56,121 nt of DNA from an uncultured virus (IMG/VR IMGVR_UViG_3300044530_000636). Taxonomy: Duplodnaviria > Heunggongvirae > Uroviricota > Caudoviricetes. Location: IMG/VR virus record IMGVR_UViG_3300044530_000636; one strand, given 5' to 3'. Under the pieces are notes generated by a model. That model saw only the letters and a list, made by a program, of their open reading frames with translations. It had not been told where the DNA came from and searched no databases. The translations under genes were made by a program, and so were the position numbers. Within the stretch, counting starts at the first letter, position 1, and the number at the start of each line of letters is the position of its first letter. Shown in pieces: positions 48,112-54,879 of this stretch.

Positions 48112-48274
48112 TTGATAATACGCCAACGGATTAGATTGCGGTTCGAAACGTGGACAGTAATACGGTTGCAGTCAATCCCGACTAACCTGCGATGGTTAGC
48201 GCCTTGATCGGTGTAGTAGGAAACGGTGCGAGGAGAGCCTATAGGTTATTTCTAGTCCGTTGGCGTATTATCAA
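48112..48274 (+). ncRNA. Candidate structured ncRNA B
   Basis: 24-bp closing stem TTGATAATACGCCAACGGATTAGA / TCTAGTCCGTTGGCGTATTATCAA (one G-U) enclosing several hairpins. Confidence 0.6.
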
Positions 48275-48275
48275 T

Positions 48276-48351
48276 GGGGGTGTAGCTCAACTGGGAGAGC
48301 AGCTGCCTTGCACGCAGCAGGTTGCAGGTTCGATGCCTGTCACTTCCACCA
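48276..48351 (+). tRNA. tRNA-Ala(TGC)
   Basis: G3:U70, GCTGC-CTTGCAC-GCAGC, CCA. Confidence 0.92.
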
Positions 48352-48354
48352 TTT

Positions 48355-48438
48355 GGAGGATGGCGTGCCTGGGGCACACACTGTCTTGAAAACAGCGCCA
48401 CCGAAAGGTTGATGGTTCGATTCCTTCATCCTCCGCCA
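48355..48438 (+). tRNA. tRNA-Ser(TGA), atypical D-arm
   Basis: GGAGGAT/ATCCTCC-G-CCA, CTGT-CTTGAAA-ACAG, variable hairpin ACC-GAAA-GGT. Confidence 0.75.
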
Positions 48439-48440
48439 TT

Positions 48441-48514
48441 ATCAGTGAAGTGTTACGGTAGCACGGGACTCTCCAAAAGTCTAGGCGTGGGTTCGACTCC
48501 TACCACTGGTGCCA
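48441..48514 (+). tRNA. tRNA-Trp(CCA)
   Basis: GGACT-CTCCAAA-AGTCT, G73-CCA. Confidence 0.88.
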
Positions 48515-48601
48515 GAGAAGTCAGAAAGGTGTCAACACAAACTCTTTAAAAGTCGTTTGTTGTCCGTGCCCTAAGAAGGTATATCGAAACGTATTCGGTT
48601 C

Positions 48602-48676
48602 GCTGGTAGGTCGGCAAGATGTCGAGGAGTCCTCATAAGGCTTTAAAGGTTGGTTTGATTCCAACTATCAGCACCA
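48602..48676 (+). tRNA. tRNA with CAT anticodon (Met or lysidine-Ile2)
   Basis: GAGTC-CTCATAA-GGCTT, GCTGGTA/TATCAGC-A-CCA; atypical D and T loops. Confidence 0.7.
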
Positions 48677-48681
48677 GAGGT

Positions 48682-48786
48682 GGTTGTCTAAGTTGTATAG
48701 ACATGCGAACGAGGCTACCTTGCCTCAACCGCTATCGGTTGTCTAAGTTGTATAGACATGTGAATGAGGCTACCTTGCCTCAACCG
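48682..48786 (+). repeat. Tandem duplication of a 50-nt structured unit (period 55)
   Basis: GGTTGTCTAAGTTGTATAGACATG(C/T)GAA(C/T)GAGGCTACCTTGCCTCAACCG twice, 48/50 identical. Confidence 0.9.
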
Positions 48787-48797
48787 TTTCTGTTTAT

Positions 48798-48873
48798 TGC
48801 GGGCGGGAGGTATAGTATCTCGCTGGTCTCATAAACCAGTAGAAGTTGGTGCAATTCCAACGCATCGCATCCA
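48798..48873 (+). tRNA. tRNA with CAT anticodon (Met-type), atypical
   Basis: CTGGT-CTCATAA-ACCAG, T-loop TGCAATT, bulged acceptor, CCA. Confidence 0.65.
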
Positions 48874-48880
48874 GTTTTAT

Positions 48881-48957
<77 letters not shown>

Positions 48958-49088
48958 ATTCGCCCGCTTCGGCGTAGAAAAATAGAGCGCATGTAGGACC
49001 GAGTGCAGACAGCGTATAAATTGAGCCAAACTGTGAAAAGTGCACAAGTAGCAGAAAGGCGAACGAGTCTTCGGTCCAGGGAATTTAT

Positions 49089-49164
49089 GGGGGATTAGCT
49101 CAGCTGGGAGAGCAACTCTTTTACACGGAGAAGGTCGGCAGTTCAATCCTGTCATCCCCTACCA
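49089..49164 (+). tRNA. tRNA-Val(TAC)
   Basis: TTTACAC loop, GGGGGAT/ATCCCCT-A-CCA. Confidence 0.88.
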
Positions 49165-49266
49165 CTATTCCAGTGAATCGCTATGGACGCATAGAGGGGT
49201 TGCTGGCAGGGTAACGATTAGCAGAGAGGCGTGTGCAAACCTGCTACCACGGGCCCGTAAGTTTAT

Positions 49267-49343
49267 GCCCCAATAGCCCAATTGGTAGAGGCGTTGGTCT
49301 TAGGAACCAAAGGTTGGGAGTTCGAATCTCTCCTGGGGCACCA
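49267..49343 (+). tRNA. tRNA-Leu(TAG), short variable loop
   Basis: TTGGT-CTTAGGA-ACCAA, 77 nt, A73-CCA. Confidence 0.85.
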
Positions 49344-49407
49344 ATTGTAGTATAGGAAAACATTCGGGACTGAGAGCCTATACCTCTGTGAAGTCCCAGC
49401 TCAATAT

Positions 49408-49482
49408 GCTCGTATCGTCTAGTGGTCAGGACGACACCCTCTCAAGGTGTAGAGTCCGGTTCAAATCCGGATATGAGCTCCA
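49408..49482 (+). tRNA. tRNA-Glu(CTC)
   Basis: ACACC-CTCTCAA-GGTGT, CCA. Confidence 0.88.
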
Positions 49483-49483
49483 T

Positions 49484-49559
49484 GCGTCGTTGGTGTAGGT
49501 GATCCGCACGTCGGTTTGAAGCTCCGAAGGACTTAGTTTGATTCTAAGATGACGCACCA
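49484..49559 (+). tRNA. tRNA-Phe(GAA)
   Basis: TTGAAGC loop, GCGTCGT/ATGACGC-A-CCA. Confidence 0.8.
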
Positions 49560-49563
49560 TTAT

Positions 49564-49665
49564 AGGTCAGTGACGGAAGAGTAGACGTGGCGCTAACGCT
49601 GGGCGCTGTTGTTTTTCGTCCGGAAGAAAGACAACGTGTAGGTGCAACTCCTACCTGGCCTACCA
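49564..49665 (+). ncRNA. tRNA-like RNA without a canonical anticodon loop
   Basis: AGGTCAG/CTGGCCT-A-CCA, T-arm GTAGG-TGCAACT-CCTAC, 10-bp variable arm, anticodon loop lacks U33. Confidence 0.65.
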
Positions 49666-49671
49666 AATCAT

Positions 49672-49749
49672 GCTCCTATATCCCAACTGGTAGAGGACGT
49701 TGACTCAAAATCATCGCTAGTGTCAGTTCGAATCTGACTAGGAGTACCA
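49672..49749 (+). tRNA. tRNA-Leu(CAA), short variable loop
   Basis: TGA-CTCAAAA-TCA, 78 nt, A73-CCA. Confidence 0.83.
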
Positions 49750-49753
49750 AATT

Positions 49754-50254
49754 ATGACTATCTTTGTTGTTAGTGATACGCACTTTGGTCATGCTAATAT
49801 ACTCAACTTCAAACAGGAAGATGGTTCTCCTGTTAGAAACTTTTCTTCTGTTGAAGAAATGGATGAGCATATGGTTGAACGTTGGAACAGTGTTGTTTCT
49901 GATTCTGACATTGTGTATCATCTAGGTGATGTCTATTTTAGTAAAGGTCATCAGCATCTTTACAGATTGAAAGGACGTAAGCGTCTTATTCTTGGCAACC
50001 ATGACAACGCTAAGAATGAACACATACAGAAAGTCTTTCAAAAGATTATGGTCTGGAGAATGTTTCCGGAATACAATTGCACTCTGTCGCATATTCCGTT
50101 GCATGTTTCTAGTCTGTATAAAACAAAGTATAATGTTCATGGACATGTGCATCGTAATAGTTTGCCCGATGAAGCATACAAGAATGTTTCTGTTGAGGTA
50201 ATTGATTACACACCTGTTCCATTACTGGATTGTCTGGGTAGCTCAACTGAATAG
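49754..50254 (+). CDS. Calcineurin-like metallophosphoesterase
   Basis: SDTHFGH, HLGD, GNHD, SHIP, HGHVH. Confidence 0.9.
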   Translation: MTIFVVSDTHFGHANILNFKQEDGSPVRNFSSVEEMDEHMVERWNSVVSDSDIVYHLGDVYFSKGHQHLYRLKGRKRLILGNHDNAKNEHIQKVFQKIMVWRMFPEYNCTLSHIPLHVSSLYKTKYNVHGHVHRNSLPDEAYKNVSVEVIDYTPVPLLDCLGSSTE

Positions 50255-50308
50255 AGCATCGGTCTACGAAACCGAAGGTTGAAGGTTTGAATCCTTTCCT
50301 GGACTCCA
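50232..50308 (+). tRNA. tRNA-Arg(ACG)
   Basis: TCGGT-CTACGAA-ACCGA, CCA. Confidence 0.88.
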
Positions 50309-50335
50309 TAATAGCGGATTAGAAATCTGCTTTTG

Positions 50336-50359
50336 TATAAATAAGTTCAGGAGGACTTA
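50336..50359 (+). promoter_or_regulatory. Late promoter overlapping an RBS hairpin
   Basis: TATAAATA at 50336; ATAAGT-tcaggagg-ACTTAT hairpin around the Shine-Dalgarno. Confidence 0.6.
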
Positions 50360-50361
50360 TC

Positions 50362-50787
50362 ATGATACAAAGACAGAATCAAGTAACCGACGATGAAATA
50401 ATACATGCTTATAATGAGTATAAACATCTAGGTAAAATGGCCGCCAAGTTTAAATTGCCTGTAATAGAAATTTGGAGAAAGTGTAAAAAACTAGATCTGA
50501 AATTCTCTGTTGGAGGAGCAAATCAAAAGGTTCCTCTTGCTGAAATATTAGATGGATTACATCCATATTTTCAGACAGGAAAGGTAAAAAAGAAAATTCT
50601 GCAAGAGAATGCTTTAGAATATAAATGCGTTGGATGTGGTATAACAGATAGTTGGAACGAAAAACCTATAGTTCTTCATTTAGATCATATAGATGGAGAT
50701 AGTTCTAATCATATGAAGTCTAATCTACGTTTCTTATGTCCTAATTGTCATTCTCAAACTAACACTTGGTGTGGCAGAAACAAATAA
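50362..50787 (+). mobile_element. HNH homing endonuclease gene
   Basis: CVGC..LHLDHIDGDSSNH..NLRFLCPNCHSQT. Confidence 0.85.
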
Positions 50788-50873
50788 GGGTCGGTATACA
50801 ACTAAGGACGTTGTGCGGTCTGTAAAACCGTTGCCTATGCGCTGGCCAGGATCGTTACCTGGGCGACCCACCA
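50788..50873 (+). tRNA. tRNA-Tyr(GTA)
   Basis: GCGGT-CTGTAAA-ACCGT, long variable region, A73-CCA. Confidence 0.8.
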
Positions 50874-50881
50874 AATTTTGT

Positions 50882-50956
50882 TCGGGGTTAGTTAAATTGG
50901 TATAACGTAGGATTTTGGTTCCTACTTTCAGGGTTCGAGTCCTTGACCCCGATCCA
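50882..50956 (+). tRNA. tRNA-Gln(TTG)
   Basis: TAGGA-TTTTGGT-TCCTA, CCA. Confidence 0.87.
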
Positions 50957-50970
50957 CTATTAGGAATGAA

Positions 50971-51561
50971 ATGCAATTTACATATTTGTTTCCTACATTT
51001 TTTGCAGAAGAACAAATTGATGTTGATAATGCAAAGATTGAACAGTATTGTTATCAACGCAAAGCTATAGATAGCGGTGTTGAGATGAGTAATGTTGGCG
51101 GTTGGCACAGTGAATTTTTTGATCCGTGGATTCCAGAACTTAATGAACTTACTACGATAGTTAAAACGAAATTAGAAGAAGTTTCTGATATTATAGATTA
51201 TGGTGTTAAAGCAGAAATACATAAATGCTTTATCAATATAAGTAAAAAAGGTGATTCGCATACAATACATGATCATCCTGGATCTTTTTTGTCTGCTGTC
51301 TATTATGTTAATACTGATTTGTCTAGAGGTAATATAGTATTTCATAATGATAACAGACTAATCGAATGGAACCAGGACAGTAAAAAGATTAAAAATTTTA
51401 ATGCATTAAACTGTTCTTCGTGGACAGTTATGGGTTCTACTGGTAAGTTGATAATTTTTCCTGCTTGGTTAAAACATCAAGTGACAGTAAATAATACTGA
51501 CAAAGATAGAATAAGTATTGTTTATAATTGTCCAATAGAAAAGAACAATTTGCTGGGGTAG
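50971..51561 (+). CDS. Putative 2OG-Fe(II) oxygenase (phage HxH type)
   Basis: SNVGGWHS, HTIHDHPGSFLSAVYY, LIIFPAWLKHQV, RISIVYN. Confidence 0.82.
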   Translation: MQFTYLFPTFFAEEQIDVDNAKIEQYCYQRKAIDSGVEMSNVGGWHSEFFDPWIPELNELTTIVKTKLEEVSDIIDYGVKAEIHKCFINISKKGDSHTIHDHPGSFLSAVYYVNTDLSRGNIVFHNDNRLIEWNQDSKKIKNFNALNCSSWTVMGSTGKLIIFPAWLKHQVTVNNTDKDRISIVYNCPIEKNNLLG

Positions 51562-51625
51562 TGTAATGGTAGCACCCGAGTTTGTGGAGCTCGGAGCCTA
51601 GGATCGATACCTAGTCCCAGTACCA
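51552..51625 (+). tRNA. tRNA-His(GTG), no G-1, A73
   Basis: CGAGT-TTGTGGA-GCTCG; GCTGGGG/TCCCAGT-A-CCA, preceded by T. Confidence 0.85.
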
Positions 51626-51630
51626 CTAAT

Positions 51631-51705
51631 GCTGCTGTGGCCGAATGGTAAGGCAATTCATTAGTAATGAATAGATTGGGAGTTCGATTCTCTCCAGCAG
51701 CACCA
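51631..51705 (+). tRNA. tRNA-Thr(AGT)
   Basis: ATTCA-TTAGTAA-TGAAT, GCTGCTG/CAGCAGC-A-CCA. Confidence 0.85.
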
Positions 51706-51715
51706 TAAAAAAGAC

Positions 51716-51751
51716 TTGACATTTTTTACATCTTGGGGTAATATATAAATA
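51716..51751 (+). promoter_or_regulatory. Overlapping sigma70-like and late promoters
   Basis: TTGACA-N17-TAATAT plus TATAAATA at 51744. Confidence 0.6.
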
Positions 51752-51939
51752 TGAATGATATGAACTTCCCCAACTACTATGTATGTAAAGAGTGTTCTCG
51801 AGTTACTCGAACGTATCCTATTGGTTGCGATCGAGTGATGTGTCAAGTAAAGAAAGATATGATCAATGATATCTGTTGGTCTTTAATCTGGATTGCCGCA
51901 GTCTGCGGAGCGTTGTATTATATTTTTATTCCCGTGTAA
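51751..51939 (+). CDS. Small Cys-rich membrane protein
   Basis: CKEC..C..C then a hydrophobic C-terminus. Confidence 0.45.
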   Translation: MNDMNFPNYYVCKECSRVTRTYPIGCDRVMCQVKKDMINDICWSLIWIAAVCGALYYIFIPV

Positions 51940-52005
51940 CTCAGTTGGTAGAGTAGGTCGCTGTTAACGATTTTGTCGGAGGTTCGAGTCCTTCCTCGGG
52001 AGCCA
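51930..52005 (+). tRNA. tRNA-Asn(GTT)
   Basis: GTCG-CTGTTAA-CGAT, G73-CCA. Confidence 0.9.
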
Positions 52006-52019
52006 ATTAGGTTGGTCGC

Positions 52020-52027
52020 TATAAATA
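52020..52027 (+). promoter_or_regulatory. T4-type late promoter
   Basis: TATAAATA upstream of two signal-peptide genes. Confidence 0.6.
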
Positions 52028-52073
52028 GACTCGTGTGGATCCACGGTTAGACCACTTCTTTTGGAGAGTCAAA

Positions 52074-52352
52074 ATGAAAAAGATCTTTGTTGCTCTAGCG
52101 TTAGTTCTTGGTATTAGTATCTCTCAACCAGCAAACGCTCAGTACTGGGGCGGATATGGTTACGGTTATGGTGCTGCTTATGGTGCTATGGCTGGCGCTG
52201 CCATCCTTGGTGGTGTAATTGGTGGAGCAATTGCTTCGCAGGGTTATGGGTATGGTTACGGCTATGGTCCTTATGGTGGTGGATACTACGCACCATATGC
52301 TCCTCCGGCTTATTACTACAACCCTCGTCGTGCTTATTACTACGGATACTAA
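52074..52352 (+). CDS. Secreted or membrane Gly/Tyr-rich protein
   Basis: Signal peptide MKKIFVALAL..PANA, glycine zipper GAAILGGVIGGAIA, GY repeats; GGAG RBS. Confidence 0.65.
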   Translation: MKKIFVALALVLGISISQPANAQYWGGYGYGYGAAYGAMAGAAILGGVIGGAIASQGYGYGYGYGPYGGGYYAPYAPPAYYYNPRRAYYYGY

Positions 52353-52353
52353 G

Positions 52354-52767
52354 ATGAAAAAGTTAGCAGTAGCATTGGCTCTTGTGTTAGCAACTCCTGC
52401 TATGGCTGGTAATTATAACATTGATTACTGTAACAACTGTAACATTAATGTTCAGAAGCCAGTCGTAAAGAAGGTAGTTAAAACAGTTCCTGTGGCTGTT
52501 GAGTATGTTCCTGCTGGCCCTGGACCAATTAGTTCAACAGTAATGGTTCCAGTAGCAGTTCCTGTTCAGCCTGCTCCGTTGGTTCCTGTTTATAATTATG
52601 TACCAACTCCAGAAGCATCTAACATTTATTCGCCTCCTGGTTACCCAACTAATGTTCCTGTGGCAGCTGCTGGTAACTGTGCGATGTATGTTGATCCTTA
52701 TGATCTGTTCGGTCAGTTGTTTGGTGGAGCAGATTTGGTTCAGAGTTGTTTGGTTCCTGCGTATTAA
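52354..52767 (+). CDS. Secreted Pro/Val-rich protein
   Basis: Signal peptide MKKLAVALALVLATPAMA. Confidence 0.6.
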   Translation: MKKLAVALALVLATPAMAGNYNIDYCNNCNINVQKPVVKKVVKTVPVAVEYVPAGPGPISSTVMVPVAVPVQPAPLVPVYNYVPTPEASNIYSPPGYPTNVPVAAAGNCAMYVDPYDLFGQLFGGADLVQSCLVPAY

Positions 52768-52768
52768 T

Positions 52769-52844
52769 GCCGGCATAGCTCAGACGGTAGAGCAGTTCAC
52801 TTGTAATGATCAGGTCGTGGGTTCGATTCCTGCTGCCGGCACCA
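52769..52844 (+). tRNA. tRNA-Thr(TGT)
   Basis: TCA-CTTGTAA-TGA, GCCGGCA/TGCCGGC-A-CCA. Confidence 0.92.
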
Positions 52845-52845
52845 T

Positions 52846-52920
52846 TGGGAAATAGTTTAATCGGTAAAACCACGGACTCTGACTCCGTTAATCTTGGTTC
52901 GAGTCCAGGTTTCCCAGCCA
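52846..52920 (+). tRNA. tRNA-Gln(CTG)
   Basis: ACGGA-CTCTGAC-TCCGT, G73-CCA. Confidence 0.92.
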
Positions 52921-52937
52921 TCTAAAGGATATATATT

Positions 52938-53042
52938 ATGGATCATAAGACTAGCGCCATCATAAAGATTGTTTGTTTCTTTGGAATAACAATCATGATA
53001 GGTTTTATAATTTCCGATATTCATATGCTTTCTAGTAATTAA
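52938..53042 (+). CDS. Small membrane peptide (34 aa, not in ORF track)
   Basis: AAGGA RBS; MDHKTSAIIKIVCFFGITIMIGFIISD.. Confidence 0.45.
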   Translation: MDHKTSAIIKIVCFFGITIMIGFIISDIHMLSSN

Positions 53043-53043
53043 T

Positions 53044-53118
53044 GCGGGTGTAACTCAGGGGTAGAGTGTCAGCCTTCCAAGCTGTTCGTCGCCAGTTCGA
53101 ATCTGGTCGCCCGCTCCA
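53044..53118 (+). tRNA. tRNA-Gly(TCC)
   Basis: CAGC-CTTCCAA-GCTG, U73-CCA. Confidence 0.92.
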
Positions 53119-53134
53119 ATTCTTATGGTATGTA

Positions 53135-53548
53135 ATGTCTCGTGATAAAAAATATATGGACTTTGTCCGTAGACTAGCTACCTCCAATAACATGAAAATG
53201 AAACTGGCAGCGTGTCTCGTTATTCGTAACGAGATTATCTCTGTCGGTTTCAATTCAGATAAATCTCATCCTCTGCAGAAAAAGTTCGCAAAGAATACTG
53301 ATGCGATCTTTAAACATGCAGAGGTAGATTGTATCATCAAAGCGTTGAAGATTGTTGATGAAGAAGATCTAAAAGATGCCACTCTTTATGTCTATCGTGT
53401 TAAGAAACAAAACAAAGGCGATAGTAGTTGGGTGAGTGGACTGGCAGAACCTTGTCCTGGCTGTAAGAAAGCCATAGAACATTTTGGTATTAAACGTACG
53501 GTATATTCTACCGATGAAGAAGGTCTAATAGGATTTATCGAGCAGTAA
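53135..53548 (+). CDS. Zinc-dependent deaminase (CDA/TadA superfamily)
   Basis: AACLV..IISVGFN, HAE, PCPGC; start moved to ATG at 53135, after the tRNA. Confidence 0.82.
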   Translation: MSRDKKYMDFVRRLATSNNMKMKLAACLVIRNEIISVGFNSDKSHPLQKKFAKNTDAIFKHAEVDCIIKALKIVDEEDLKDATLYVYRVKKQNKGDSSWVSGLAEPCPGCKKAIEHFGIKRTVYSTDEEGLIGFIEQ

Positions 53549-54197
53549 ATATATCTATCACTTTATTAACATAATCCCCACGATCCTTTACGAATAGCTG
53601 TGGTTCTTCATGATCTACTGCTATCATAATAGCGATCTGGGGAATTTGTATTTTATACATATACTCAAACATCATAGAATAGACTGTGGTCTGTAAAAAA
53701 TAACTGGTGATCCACTCTTCTTTTTTAAGTTTACGGCTTGTTTTAAAATCAACGATAGAAGGAACTCCATCAAATTCTGCGATAAGATCGCATCGCCCTG
53801 CTGTTTTTAAAGCAACAGAGTAGAGAGGAAGTTCGATACCTAGAATGTTATCAACGTGTTTATCTATGAGCGTCTGAAGGCTTTTAAAAGAATCAACTCC
53901 AGAAGGCATAGCACCCCGAAGATAATCTTCTTCGTTGAGGACATAGCGCTCGGCGAGCGAGTGTACGGCGGTTCCACGTCGAGCAGCCTGTGTAGAAATT
54001 TTCCTAGCTTCTTCCTCACCGACTTTAGCTCTCCATTCTAGTAGTGCGGTTTTGTCCATTGACTCTGAGATAACAGTTGTTACCGAGCGAAACTTTTCTC
54101 CACTCGGTAACACATAGTAACGGATACCATCTATAGAAGTTGTTTCAATTTCAACTTCTGGTACTAGATTATGTTTGAATATCTTTCGCAAATCCAT
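53535..54197 (-). CDS. PD-(D/E)XK exonuclease
   Basis: SVTTVI, RGTAVH, AGRCDLI..IVDFKTS, YFLQ..Y. Confidence 0.82.
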   Translation of the reverse strand: MDLRKIFKHNLVPEVEIETTSIDGIRYYVLPSGEKFRSVTTVISESMDKTALLEWRAKVGEEEARKISTQAARRGTAVHSLAERYVLNEEDYLRGAMPSGVDSFKSLQTLIDKHVDNILGIELPLYSVALKTAGRCDLIAEFDGVPSIVDFKTSRKLKKEEWITSYFLQTTVYSMMFEYMYKIQIPQIAIMIAVDHEEPQLFVKDRGDYVNKVIDIFTAR

Positions 54198-54879
54198 TTT
54201 CCATCTTGTACTTCGCATCCATACGATTGGTCACGACTATTTTATTGCCAGTTGGTTCTTTAACAGTAGCAATCCATTGAACAGCTACTGGGCCAATGCC
54301 TCTAGCCATCCAATATCTAGCGCCACCAATCTTTGAACCCCATGCCTGTTGATACACTAATGTAACAACATCCTTATATGTTTCGCCCATGGCATTAGTC
54401 CACTTGTCTATCTTTCTTTCATAAACAAATGACTGTGTGCCATTGAGCATCTGTGGCGGAGAACAAGCAAAGAAATCTGACTTTGGATTGTTCTCATATT
54501 TCTTACCGATCTCGCAGTAATCTCCCCACCAAATAGGTTTCTTATCTTGGAACACAACCTTGTTTCTGTTTCCGAAGATCTTAGTAGAGATACTTTCTTT
54601 CTCGATAATATTATCGTCTCGCCATTCAGCAATACCATAATTCAATTTGTATCGTAGATACCAAGTGTCTTTCCACTTCATATCCTTATCGTAATCAACA
54701 TAAAGAATAGAATTTGATGCATCATCCCAAACAAACCATGAATGCATATCTGGCATTGTCGCAGTAGCATTAGTATCTGGTTCTCTGCCAGCATCAACAT
54801 AATGGAACTTGGCAATTCTACCTAACGGTGGAGCAGGCCAATAGTCCCATGCTCTAATTATGTCTTTAGCTTCTGTCAT
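54169..54879 (-). CDS. Hypothetical protein
   Basis: 236 aa, Trp-rich, coupled to phoH. Confidence 0.6.
   Translation of the reverse strand: MTEAKDIIRAWDYWPAPPLGRIAKFHYVDAGREPDTNATATMPDMHSWFVWDDASNSILYVDYDKDMKWKDTWYLRYKLNYGIAEWRDDNIIEKESISTKIFGNRNKVVFQDKKPIWWGDYCEIGKKYENNPKSDFFACSPPQMLNGTQSFVYERKIDKWTNAMGETYKDVVTLVYQQAWGSKIGGARYWMARGIGPVAVQWIATVKEPTGNKIVVTNRMDAKYKMENGFAKDIQT

Noticed and set aside
48515..48601. Additional tRNA between Trp and the first CAU tRNA
   Set aside because: Some pairing (CAACA.AAAC/GTTTGTTG) but no acceptor stem, T-arm or CCA
48682..48786. CRISPR mini-array
   Set aside because: Only two 50-nt units separated by 5 nt, no spacer-sized unique sequence and no cas operon
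53535..54197. Cas4 of a CRISPR system
   Set aside because: Lacks the Fe-S cysteine cluster and any cas or array context; a common T4-like exonuclease
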